Source of the DNA: Euprymna scolopes
Lineage: Eukaryota
Strand: one strand, 5' to 3'
Length of the DNA stretch: 64,000 nucleotides
Assembly: GCA_053919585.1 (NCBI GenBank)
Contig: CM132792.1
Shown: positions 52,610-64,000 of the stretch, piece after piece
Position numbering within the stretch: position 1 is the stretch's first letter
How the letters are laid out: each line of letters starts with the position of its first letter
The notes under the pieces: model-generated
The model's input: only the letters and a program-made list of their open reading frames with translations
Databases searched by the model: none
What the model was told of the DNA's origin: nothing
Made by a program: the position numbers and the translations under genes

Positions 52610-54330
52610 GCTTAGGTTGCAGAGTATAAGGTGCCTGATAGCATCAGAGAAAAGTATGAGAAAAAAATACTGGGGCCTCCTGATTCCTTTAATGGCGGTC
52701 GTCCAGGAGCAAAGACAGAGTTACGTCCAGTGCTGGACTACTATGAATTAAATGGCTCCATGGAAGCGTTCACTGCCAACGTAGAAGTGTGCGCACAAAC
52801 GCTAAGACAATGATGGTGATGAGGAGAGGATGTGTCACTTCTGAATTTTTGAAAGGCTTTTGTCTCTGTTGCGTCTGCACTAACATTTTTTGGACTTCAG
52901 TTTAGTATGCAAGGATCCGGTGTGACTAAAAGATGGAGCAGGAGTTTCTGGGCTTGCAGGTCTGGAAAGAAAACAACATCCTCCAACGGAAACAAGGAAA
53001 TCAGATTCCGGAAATCCCCGGTGTGCTGACATGTCGGTGTGTGTTTTCCCTGTGTGGGAAACTTGTTTGTCATTTTTCTGTGTGTGGATGGTCACAGTCA
53101 AGCGCCTGATGACTGCAGCAACCAAGGGATGGGAGGATGACATCAAACACCCCGATTTCTGTCACATATTATTGGAGATGCTGAGCAGGGTACAAGAGCA
53201 GGACCCTGTTAAAGGAGACTGGAGCAGGAGCAGCAGCAAGATTACAGTCTGGCTAGATGTGAGTTCCATAGCTACAGGAATGGCATAGAAGGCAAGCGGT
53301 AATGTCATCGAAGTACAACGTTGGCTGTGTCTGACCAATGATTCTAGGCATATAAATTTAGCTGAGCTTGACGTGATGCTCAGAGTGGGAGGGGCAACTG
53401 AGCCCTCGAATTGGTCAATCATTTGGTGTGTATGCAACGGTGGATTTCTGACACCCTGTCCAGGAAGGCATGGGTAAATACAAAGGCTGCTTGTGAGATG
53501 CTGGTTAGGCAACAGTTATGAACTATGCAATCTAGTGAAAGAGTATGAATTGACCATGGTTGAATTGACCATGGATGTGATGGATGTAAGAAGACCTTTT
53601 CACCAGATTACTGCTAAAGGAAGGAGGATCCGTGCTTGAAAGATGTTCACTAGTGGAAGGAGGACTACACCAAGACCATGTAGTCAATCTCCATTATCAA
53701 AGCGGACATCCGGGTGTGAATGAACTCTGTACTTTGTCAGTTTAATTGACCCACAAGTGTCCAACGAGAATATGAAATCTGTTGTAAAACCCTGTGAAAT
53801 CTGTCAGCTAATCGATCTGGCACCTGATCGCTGAATAACATGGAAAGTAAATGCGAAAAGCAAAACTGAAGCAGACTGGCAGTGGATATAACTCACTACA
53901 ACAGCAAAACTTTTTTGACACTTGCGGTCCATCTAGGTTTGCATCTTACAATAAGAAAATGTCTTCCTTGAACGAGGCTCACTAATGAAGATACTAATTG
54001 ACAATTGCATTGCATTTGCTAGTGAGGAGTTCACGAGATTTGTGGATAGTTGGATTGTGCATCTGTAGTTTTGACGTGCCTGTTCGGTGAGTGGGCACAG
54101 GATCATCGAACAAAACAACTGGCAAGACTGCTGGTATAACTTCACCCAAACGATTACGTTTCACTTTCCACAGCACCAGCCAATGCATTGCACAGGTACC
54201 ATGTAAGGAATTGTTTGGGTTAAAAACTTGCATGGCAGGTGTATGACAAGATATGTCATACACCTACAGATATATATGCATCACTGAGATATTCAGCTTG
54301 TGATTAGTGTGGGTTGTTGGTGTGCTCCGT
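52610..54330 (+). mobile_element. Gypsy-type pol remnant, family B (RNase H + integrase)
   Basis: Near-identical to 13336-14912. Confidence 0.75.
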
Positions 54331-54492
54331 CACTTTAAAGTTTTATGACCAGCGATGCAATTGCAATCATCATTTGATGATAAAAGCGAATCAGATTCTG
54401 AGACAGTGAGCTATCACTTTGGTTTAAGCCAGCTCCATCAGTCAGTGATTTAGATATTAGCAGCCTCCTGGGACAGTCGGGACTCCCTGCTC

Positions 54493-54536
<44 letters not shown>

Positions 54537-54542
54537 TTATAT

Positions 54543-54577
<35 letters not shown>

Positions 54578-54826
54578 TATCTTATCTACCTCCTTGCCAG
54601 AAGACTAGACACAAGATCAGTTGTGTTTTTGAGAAGTGCACTAGGATAAGCGTACTCTGGCCTACAAAAAGTGAATGAGTTGCCCCATTGCTTAGCAATA
54701 GAGTAAGCCTTTCTCAAAGAGATGTAAAGCCTGAGAGATTAAACTTTCTAAGACTAAACAGAGCCAGACCTCAGTAAGACAACAACAAGACTGTTGTAAC
54801 ACTGATTTATATCTTAAATCTATTAT

Positions 54827-54890
<64 letters not shown>

Positions 54891-55549
54891 CATGTTTTCT
54901 TACCTTATAATACAATGTTGGGAAGAAGAAAGAATTCCAAATAGATGCGTAATTTCTTATTTTTTCTTGAACCCAGATTCACCTGGGTTAGTTAAACTGG
55001 TTCCTTCAAATGCATTTACTGCATCTTACACAAAAGCTGACCAAGGTTGGCAATCCATTGTTGGCAATAATTTTTTAACACTTTCAACAGCCTGTCACAG
55101 TTCCAATGGCGAATACCATAGATTGACAAACTTGGAATCAGTTCAGTATCTTGCTGACCTGTTCTAAGCCACTTTTTAAGTTGGCTGCTGCATCATTCAT
55201 CAAACCTTAAGGAGGAACCGGTTGATGGCTTCTCTAATGGAGGCTTCTCTTGCTGAAAGTGGTGGGTGTGACCAGCTCAATGAAGGTGATTATGTGGCAC
55301 TACGTTCAGACTGACATCAGTCAGTCAGGACACACACAGGATGCGACACACACAGCAATGACGTGTGATGCAAGCATCATCACTGCGTACAAGAATAAGT
55401 GTTACCATGGTGACTGCAATAACTACTGTGGAATTTTTCTCCTTAGTTTTATTGGAAAAATCTTTGGTTGAATCGTCCCCAACAGCCTGCAGTTGCTTAC
55501 AGAGCATGTATATGTTAGTAACAATATGAGCTTATAACAAGAAGATCAA

Positions 55550-56580
55550 CTGTCGACATTACTTTTGTTTTGCCTATGAGAGTTCCAGGACAAAATGTTA
55601 CAAACAGAGGCAATTGCTGTGCATCACCTTCATCGACCTGACTAAAGCCTTTGACCTTATCACCATAAAATGACATTTCATTTGTTCAAGAGAATTGCAT
55701 GTTACTTCAGACTCCTAAATGTATCACATTTATTCATAAGGACATGCAGTACAATACGATGACTCTTTCAAAAACCCTTTCCCAATCAAGAGTGAAACAG
55801 GGTTGTACAATTGCTTCAACAGTCTTTAGCATCTTCTTTTTTCTGCTGTTTTCCTACACATTCAACAAGTCAGAGGATGGAGTGAATCTCCATACCAGAG
55901 ACAGTGGCAGAATTTTCAACCTTGGTCACGTTTTAACTAAGAACAAAATGAATGACGTGAAATATATGTGAGATGCTCTTTGCTGATGATGCAGCGCTGA
56001 TGAGACACTCTGCTGAATCATTGCAGTGACTCATCCATTGCTTTGTGCACGCATACAAAACACTAACATCTTTGACCAATATGTATGCATTAAACTAAAC
56101 ATCAATATTGAGCCCGTCAAAAAATGTACATACATCGGCTCCAATGTATCCAGGAATATCTCTCTTGATGAAGAAATCACCAAACATTTTAGCAAATTAG
56201 CAACAAATATGGCTAGCTTGATTAAGAGTGTCTCAAACAACAATATGCAAATCAACAATTCTTAGCAAACAGCTCTAGCAGGACAACATCTCAAAGAAAA
56301 TCATCTTTGATCAGGCAAATAACCCGTCCATGTTTGCTCTGCTTACCTAACAACGACTTTGGTAGCTTTGCTGTGCCAGGCAAAAAGATACTGAGAAGAG
56401 CCGAAAGGATCTTCTTTATAGTGAGATCATATTAGATCAGTAGGAAATCATGTCAGATGCTATAAGGATGTTTGTAAGCAAGACATAAGGGTAGTTGGCA
56501 TCGACCCAGCAGGCTGGGAGTTTGCAGCTGCTGAAGAAGAGCTGTAAAGACACGTTCCAAGAGGAGTGAAAAGAGGAGAG
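55550..56580 (+). mobile_element. RTE-clade LINE remnant (unit 5)
   Basis: FIDLTKAFDL, RVKQGCTIA, EMLFADDAAL. Confidence 0.85.
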
Positions 56581-57324
56581 ACCAGCCGAGGAGAGAGAAC
56601 ACATATTGCACAGATTGCAACTCTTACATCTGTGGCGTCTGTAACTCAGCCTGTCAATCCAAGATAGGCTTGCATGTTTCAGAAGATGCTGCAATTTACC
56701 AACAGACGAATCTGAGGTGCAGAACACCATTGTCTTCTGAAACAGATGGATGCAAACAAAAATGCTCGATGATGTTCTGTCATATCCGTCCATCAAGACA
56801 AGGTTGGGAATATGGACATGACCTTATCAATTGTGAAAAACGCGGAAGTTACAAATTTAGTTCGATTTAGAGATGAGTCTAAAAAATGTGATTAAAACAA
56901 GAAATAACGATGCAGAAGAGCAACAGATTCAACTCATTTATTTACATATTAAATTATATTCCTCACATGTTGAACTTATTAATTCAACTCATTAAAGATG
57001 TGGAGGGTGTTGAAGTCTTTGCTGACAATTCATATATTTCCCATTTCCAAAACTATGTAATGTGTAATGCTGCTTTGTGGTAGATATTAATATTATGTGG
57101 ATAGTGCAGCATCAGTAGGATTGAGAAATAGAAAATCTACAAAGCAAAAAGTCAAAATCTGAATAAGACAACAAAAAACAAAACAACAAAAAAACGATAA
57201 TTAGTTAAACAATGGAATGTTTTTCTCTTCACAATTTTTCGTAGAACAGTTTTTGAAGTTTCAACCTTGGTCCTATGATCGCACAGAATTTGGGACGCTC
57301 CTTGTTCAACCATGTTTAATGTTT

Positions 57325-58370
57325 GTCGATAGGAAAGCAAAAACTGTTACTGAGTATAGTTAGTGAATCGGTGAGGACATTGATATGTCTGCCTGACCTG
57401 GTAGACTGTGTTGGTTTAGGTGAGACGCCGTTGCTGAAATAAACTGTATGCGTAGGCTACGTTGGTTTCTGACTTGTGGTATCATCGTGGGCTTTGTGTA
57501 ACGTGTCTGAAGAATACCGTGCACTCCGTCATTCTGGATAATTACATGAGTCCATGTGTTAATATTCTGGGGAACATGAGTAGTGACATTTTTGTGGTCT
57601 GGCTTTAATATTCAGAAGTTTTGCCATTTATTCCTTCACGCGAGAGGTGTAGCTCATTAGGTATGGCATCTGCTCTGGTGTAGCTGGTGTGTCCATCTCT
57701 CTGGGTAAGGTCAGTGAGGTTCCGTAAACCATTTCGTTGGAAGACAAGCCGATGTCCATTTTAACAATCGATTGAATACCGAGAAGCACAAAAGGCAGGC
57801 ATTCTATCCATCTGATGGGGTCAGAGTATGCTTTAAGACATGCCTTTAACTGTCGAGGCAAGGTGCTAAATCATGCCGTTTGCTGTTGGGTGATAAGACA
57901 TAGTGCATATGTTTCTGCATCCAAGCAGGCGGTACAGCTCGAAAAAAAGATGTGAGTCAAATTGTCAGTTGTAATGGTATTAGGTATGCCATAACGGGAT
58001 ATCCAATGTATAATGAGTGCTTTGGTGGCAGTTTAAGCAGAAATATCTCTAATCGGGAATGGCTTCAGGCCATCTCGAATACCTGGTGGATGTGGACCCA
58101 TTATGTCTATGTGGATATGCTGAAAACGAGCCTTGGGGGTTAAAAACGTTGCAGGAGGACTCTAAATGTGACGTTGAATCTTGGACTTCTGGCAAGGAAG
58201 ACAACGCCGTGTCCATTCTCGTATATCTCGATTGATGGCAGTCCATACAAAACGTGACATCACCAATTTCTTAGTCAAATGGACGCCAGGATGTGACAGA
58301 CTCTGCAGATTTGTAAACACAACTCGCTTATGCTTGAGGGGCACATATGGACGCTCGTGACCATATCACT
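57325..58370 (-). mobile_element. Gypsy integrase remnant, family A (unit 5)
   Basis: SLSHPG...WTRRCLPCQKSK and core fragments; PPT/LTR-start region deleted here. Confidence 0.85.
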
Positions 58371-59046
58371 TCATTGGAGAAACGTAAAGAAAATTGCTTG
58401 AACATTAGGTTTAGCGATCCTGTTGCAGTTTCAAATCACTACCTCTATTTTTAATTCCCCCCCCCCCTTTTAATCATCGATTTCGCTACACATGTCGGAA
58501 TTCAAATATATCAAACAAAACGCCAATAATTCAGGCAATTGACTTTTTACTTTTTAGACGACTGATGCTACCAGTCACGTTGACCGAATCTTCCAGCCAA
58601 AGGATTTCCAGCAGTGGCAGCCGTCTTAGCAGCAGGTCAAACATCTCTTAGAAGGTCTAAACAACCAGCCCTTATCAAGGCTAATAAGTTTTTCACTAAT
58701 GCGATTCACTACTGCTTGCCTTCTGAGACCCACCAGCAGCAAACTTCACTTTCACCTCTGGCCTGCAACCTCGCTCCTCCGATCTGCAACCTCGCATGCA
58801 CCTGGTTCCCTACTGACCATTCGTTCCTTATCACTGACCCCACGTCCTCACTGTCGTCCATTCCTTAACACTGACCCCACATTCTCAGTGTCCACTGACC
58901 ATTCCAGATCGCCCTGACGGCCAGCCGATCGTCCAGACCCAGCGAGAAACCCTAAACCAGAGTACCTGGTCCAGCCCTCCAGACGAAGCCACCGGTAACA
59001 TGCGACCTTCCGGACAACTAGCATCCAGCTCATACAATTTTTCGCA

Positions 59047-59235
59047 TTTTTTTTTTTTTTTACCACTTATCAAGACTAAGAGGCCACTACAAGATAACGG
59101 TTAAAAAGTGTACAGTAGAAATTGGACAATATAGTAATGGTTAGTAAATGGAAATTCGGTAAATTTGTTAACAAGTGAAACGGCTAATCAGGAACTTGTT
59201 TACGTTAGACTTGAAGACAATCATATTGTAGTCAG
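59047..59235 (-). mobile_element. CR1-like LINE 3' fragment (unit 5)
   Basis: Paralogous to 19539-19728. Confidence 0.75.
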
Positions 59236-59441
59236 ATTTCTTCGCAAATAAAAGGCGAACCTTCGCCTTTAACCAAACAACCTGTGTCGGTCATTCTCCT
59301 TTCCTTTTTGCTGTTTACTTTTGCCCGTGTCTACATTGTTAGTTGTAGGGTCGATTGTCCCAGTATAACCGGCCCCGCAGCAATCCAATTCTTTGCATCC
59401 TATTGATTTCGCTCAAACTCCTTAAGCGCCGCGCTATTTGA

Positions 59442-59527
<86 letters not shown>

Positions 59528-61327
59528 TATCACTAGCATTTTCTTCCAATAATAAACTTTTAGCTTAATTGAGTTTATCTCTATTTTTATCACAAGTATT
59601 TTTATATCTTTCAATAAATCAGTTTTAGTTGGATCGAGTTTATAGATTTGAAAATTGTAAAATTCTTTATTTTTACTTAAATTTTACTTGAATTGTGAAT
59701 CATTAATTAGTTTAAATTTAAATCGTTTAATATCGTTTAATATATATAATTTAGCCTTTTCATCGAATTAGTAACTAAAATAATATTTTGAATTATGATG
59801 CGAGATGAATTACTTCCCTTTAACCCTTTCTTTAAGTTATTTTAAATAATTTAACTCGACTCTTTATTTTTTTAATGACGAAGTCGGTATTTCATGTTTT
59901 CAGCGTTAAGTGCTGACATAAAATAAAAAGAATAATTTTTTTGTCACTTGATAATGATGTATATATCGGCAAAAGTATGGGCTGAAATCAAATATTAATA
60001 ATAAATAATATTACATTATATATTATATTCACACATAATCGGGCCAGAAATCTTCAACTCGCATAAGGCCTGGAGGTGGAATCAGCTGAGTTTGAATGAG
60101 GGTTAATCAACAAATTTATCGAATATGTAATAAATGTTTTAATCGTTTAACCTTAGCTTAAAATGCCAAGAAAAGTTGAGAAACTCGGCACCCGACATAA
60201 ACATGTATTCTAGCTAGTATCGATTGATCGATCGATGCCTCCGTTCAGTCTCAAGAGACAATGGACACCCCTATAAGGTAGCTGCACATAGAATTGGGAG
60301 GCAAGGCTACGCAATCTTAAGAGTGACGGGAACAATGGCGAGATAAGCGAAGAACACACACAGCATCTGGAAATGCTAAATGGTCAATCATAATTATGAA
60401 ACAGATTTGAATCAAAATTGATATAAGGATTCTAGACGTAAATGTTCAGTTGCATTATATAATCATTTTTTATCTTCGTAAGGGACCATACATAACTTGA
60501 CTTCACGGAATAAAAACAGAGCCGATCCAAGACAGCAGACCGAGTAAATACACGGGCTCAATATCACTCCAGATAGATTTTTATAAACAAAATTGGATTA
60601 TCTTAAAACTTTACTTCAATTTCAAAGTCGAATATCATGGATGAAAAAAGTCACGTTTAAAACATTTTCAATCCACGTAACGTAAAAACCACTCCACGAG
60701 CTGACGCCGTGCTAAATAAATTGAATAATAATTAAAAAAAAAAAAAAAAAAAGCGTTATAATTCAATTCTGGTTTGTTTGAGCTTACATTCAAATGTATA
60801 GAGACGTGTGGAATGAAATACAAACCTGACGTTCGGATCAACTGTGAAACTGCAGCAAAGCTAAGAAGCATTTAATCTTTAAAAATATTTTAGCAAATTA
60901 TTAATTTAAAATCAAATATCTATTCTGTTTCTATTCTAGGCCAAAGAAGGAAATATTCTTCTAGATTAAGAAATTTAGTCCCTTTTTCTAAGTTGAATTT
61001 TTCCCTACAATAAAACACATTCCATGTTTAACTGCTTTGATCGCAAGGCAAGTATATACTATTATGCAAGCATTCGATTTTTTCGACGGATTTTGTTTAA
61101 TATGTATTGATTGTAAATTTTGGAAATAAGTTATATTTTTTGATTAATCATGCGTTTTTTAAAGCTTTCTTCACCATTTTTTAAAAAATTTCTTCGTCTC
61201 TCTTTATCCCCCCTCTCTCTCTCTTTCTCATATTCCTATCTCTAGCTTCTCTCTTCTCCCTCTCTTGCTTTCTGTTCCTTTTCCCTCTTTCTCCTTTTTC
61301 GACGCGCTATTCGTTTTAACCACATTA

Positions 61328-61905
61328 CGTCCAAGGATGGAATACTGTTGCCACATCTGGCAGGAGCTGCTAGAAAGGACTTGGCCTGCCTTGATAGAAT
61401 GCAAAATAGACTTCGTAGCCTCGTAGGAGATGTCCTTTTCTCTTCCTTGGAACCTCTATCTCACAGAAGAGATGTTGCGAGTTTGTCTCTGATGTATCGT
61501 TATTTTCATGGAAAGTGTTCGACTGAGCTTCAATCTATGGTCCCCCCTCGCCAAACTTTCACAAGAAACACTCGTCTAGCTGTAAACACTATCAATAATT
61601 CCCCCCACTCTTTATCTGTGCCTAAACCTAAACGTAGATTCCATGAACAAAGCTTCTTTCTTAGAACTGCACCCCTGTGGAATTGTCTTCCGTTTTCCTG
61701 CTTTCCGGCTGACTACAATATGGTTGTCTTCAAGTCTAACGTAAATAAGTTCTTGATGAGCCGTTCCATATAAGTTATAAAATTTACCAAAATTTCATTA
61801 CTAATGATTACTATATTGTCCAATTTCTAATGTACACTCTTTAACCCTTATCCTTGAGTGGCCTCTTGGCCTTGATAATGTGGTGATGCCTATGTAAAAA
61901 AAAAA
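61328..61905 (+). mobile_element. Same 5'-truncated CR1/L2-group LINE insertion upstream of copy 5
   Basis: Same junctions, length (578 bp) and frameshift as 21811-22388. Confidence 0.88.
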
Positions 61906-62342
61906 ATTATCTCTAATTCCTTCATCCTCCTCTTCCTCACCACTCTCCTCCTACTCCTCTCTCTCTCTCTCTTTCTCTTTCGCCTTTTTCTTTCTCCTCC
62001 TCCTCATTCTCATATCATAAAAACCTGTTTCCTCTTCTCAATTTTCTCCTTTCTCCCCCCTCCTCCTACTTTCTCTCTTCACTTCTCTCTCACTCTCTTG
62101 ACCACTCTCTTTGTTAATCATTTACGGCATTCGCTTCCTCCCACTACTTCTCTTATCATTAGCTGTTTTTATTCGAGACGCCAAGTCATTTTCTGTTTGA
62201 GACGCTACTCAAAAGATACACGCTACCATAACAAGTAAACAAGATCCACAGTGATTAACTTTTATTTTAATTAATAAGTGAGAAAAGACCTTTTGGGCTA
62301 TTCTTTCGCAAAAAAGTTTAAAAAAAAAAAAATTATTTCAAA

Positions 62343-63581
62343 ATGGACGCTCCAAAGATCCAGAAAAATAAAGATGAGGTTAGAAAAAAGAAAGATGTTA
62401 AAGTGAACGCTTCACGCGTCCAGAAAAAAAATGGTCGTGTTAAAAAGCCCCTGAATGCTTATTTCGTCTGGTGCAAACAGTTCAGAAAACAAATACGTGA
62501 ACAAAATCCGACCATCACCATTATTGAAGCCAATGCCCTTCTCGGGAAAATATGGGGTGAAATGTCAGCGGAACAGAAAAAACCTTACTTCAAAGAGGCA
62601 GAACTTATCAAGAAACAACACCAATTAGATTATCCCGATTTCGAGTTGAAGTCGAAACCACGTGTTAAAAACCCCAACAGGTTCCATGCCTACCCCTATC
62701 AACAACATGTGGTGTATTACATACAAACGCTGCCAAGCAAAGATAGAATGCCTCAGGAATATTTTCATGAATCCACTTTCTTTGAGGTAACAAACAAAGC
62801 GGTAACTCAAGAAAATTCTCCTCACGTGCTCGGTACAGATGAAAGCATCAGATCCACGTTTTCTGAAATGCCATCCGAGACACGCGAGAATCTTTCCAAC
62901 AAGAACAGCGTATGTGTTCCGCTACCAGAGACCGAACTCGACAAGGAGTCACGGGCATTCAGTAATGAACACCTATACAAAAGGCAGTCGAAATACAATC
63001 CCGTTATCATGACGGCTGGCAAAGACAACGATAGAGAGGTGATGGAATTTTCGTCTACTCACTCCAAATCCAAGAGCATTTCTGAAACGCTTCCTCACGC
63101 ACCTGAGCAAAACGGGGTTTATTTTGATCCTGAATGTTACGGTCATGAATGCAATAATAGTAAGTCACAAAATTTTACAGCTTTACCTTTCTCGCAAGCT
63201 AAAAATAAAATAATGGAAAAGTTTCAATTCTTAGACGAGAATTCGCCTATAAATACACCAATATGCAATGCAAATATTTTTCTTGGTGTTGAGAACGATA
63301 AAAATACGACGTTTTCTGAAGAAACTCTTGAAGAAGCCCAACATCTCACTTTTATTGAAGATGACATTATCAATGCAACACCAAATAACGAGGAACATAT
63401 CAACCAATGCACCGAAATGTTCCCCAACACGAAATCTGATATTTTGAACGATGACGATTTCGAATCCCTGAATTGTCTCGAAGATTTGGTTTCGACTTTC
63501 TGCTTAGGTGAAGATTTCCCATCTACAATGTTTTGGAACGAAGAAGGTATTAATTTGGATGACTTTGCAGAACTGTTGTGA
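62343..63581 (+). CDS. Intronless Sox/SRY-like HMG-box transcription factor, copy 5 (412 aa; S72G and F102L in HMG box; terminal copy)
   Basis: Full ORF with WGEMS and FELK variants; followed after ~200 bp by sequence not seen in other units. Confidence 0.9.
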   Translation: MDAPKIQKNKDEVRKKKDVKVNASRVQKKNGRVKKPLNAYFVWCKQFRKQIREQNPTITIIEANALLGKIWGEMSAEQKKPYFKEAELIKKQHQLDYPDFELKSKPRVKNPNRFHAYPYQQHVVYYIQTLPSKDRMPQEYFHESTFFEVTNKAVTQENSPHVLGTDESIRSTFSEMPSETRENLSNKNSVCVPLPETELDKESRAFSNEHLYKRQSKYNPVIMTAGKDNDREVMEFSSTHSKSKSISETLPHAPEQNGVYFDPECYGHECNNSKSQNFTALPFSQAKNKIMEKFQFLDENSPINTPICNANIFLGVENDKNTTFSEETLEEAQHLTFIEDDIINATPNNEEHINQCTEMFPNTKSDILNDDDFESLNCLEDLVSTFCLGEDFPSTMFWNEEGINLDDFAELL

Positions 63582-64000
63582 TTTTGTATATCGATTGATA
63601 ATTCAATCGATTAATTTGATCACATGATCGATGATATCGTTTGATATCATATGTATATATTTTCCATTGTTCAGTTTGTTTAATGCTATTTATTGATTTT
63701 AATTTGCTTTTATTAGTGATTTTTAAAAAAATATATGACTGCCAGGAATCTCGGATAACGAAACGACATATAAACAGTTATCATAAATCATGTCAATTAG
63801 AAAAATACATGTTTTAGGACAATATATGAGACTTGCGTACATTATTCAATTATATCAATTATAATGTGTTTTCTTTGAGCGCAAAAAATAATACTTCATT
63901 CATTGCTATAAAATTCAATTCATGTCAGATCGAGTTAATATCGTTGGTAATCTTTTGTTTAAAATCACCTTTGATTCGTTCTATTTGTAAGGTTATTTTT

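Larger units (their letters stand above)
1..63780 (+). repeat. Tandem array (macrosatellite / segmental amplicon) of a ~13-14 kb unit, each with one HMG-box gene; 5 gene copies visible
   Basis: The same ordered blocks recur five times. ATG-to-ATG spacings are 14142, 13410, 12932 and 13175 bp. Position 1 corresponds to ~13853 of the next unit, so the array runs off the left edge. Similarity stops at ~63780. Confidence 0.97.

Noticed and set aside
1-63780. Array as a pure assembly artefact, or the 13-kb unit as one giant transposon
   Set aside because: Units differ by many private SNPs, indels and insertions. No unit-level LTRs, TIRs or intact transposase/helicase are visible. Long reads are still needed to confirm copy order.

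Overview
AT-rich, microsatellite-rich animal (invertebrate-type) genomic DNA. Almost the whole window (1 to ~63,780) is a head-to-tail tandem array of a ~13-14 kb unit. Each unit carries one intronless ORF for a 412-aa protein with a basic N-terminus, a divergent Sox/SRY-type HMG box (helix 3 most like SoxH/Sox30) and an acidic-hydrophobic C-terminus. ATGs are at 8684, 22826, 36236, 49168 and 62343. Four copies are open. Copy 3 has a 38-bp frameshifting deletion that keeps the HMG box but drops the acidic tail. The rest of each unit is decayed transposon DNA: two different Gypsy-type pol remnants, an RTE-clade LINE remnant, 3' fragments of a CR1-like LINE, a non-autonomous TIR DNA element, and (TA)n/(CA)n/(GT)n/CT-rich tracts. 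Indel and SNP markers show the units are mosaics, consistent with unequal exchange or gene conversion. Similarity to the unit ends ~200 bp after the copy-5 stop codon, the probable array edge; the array continues off the left end of the window. The architecture resembles a DUX4/D4Z4-style transcription-factor macrosatellite built on an SRY/SoxH-like gene. Function, expression and species cannot be determined from the sequence alone.
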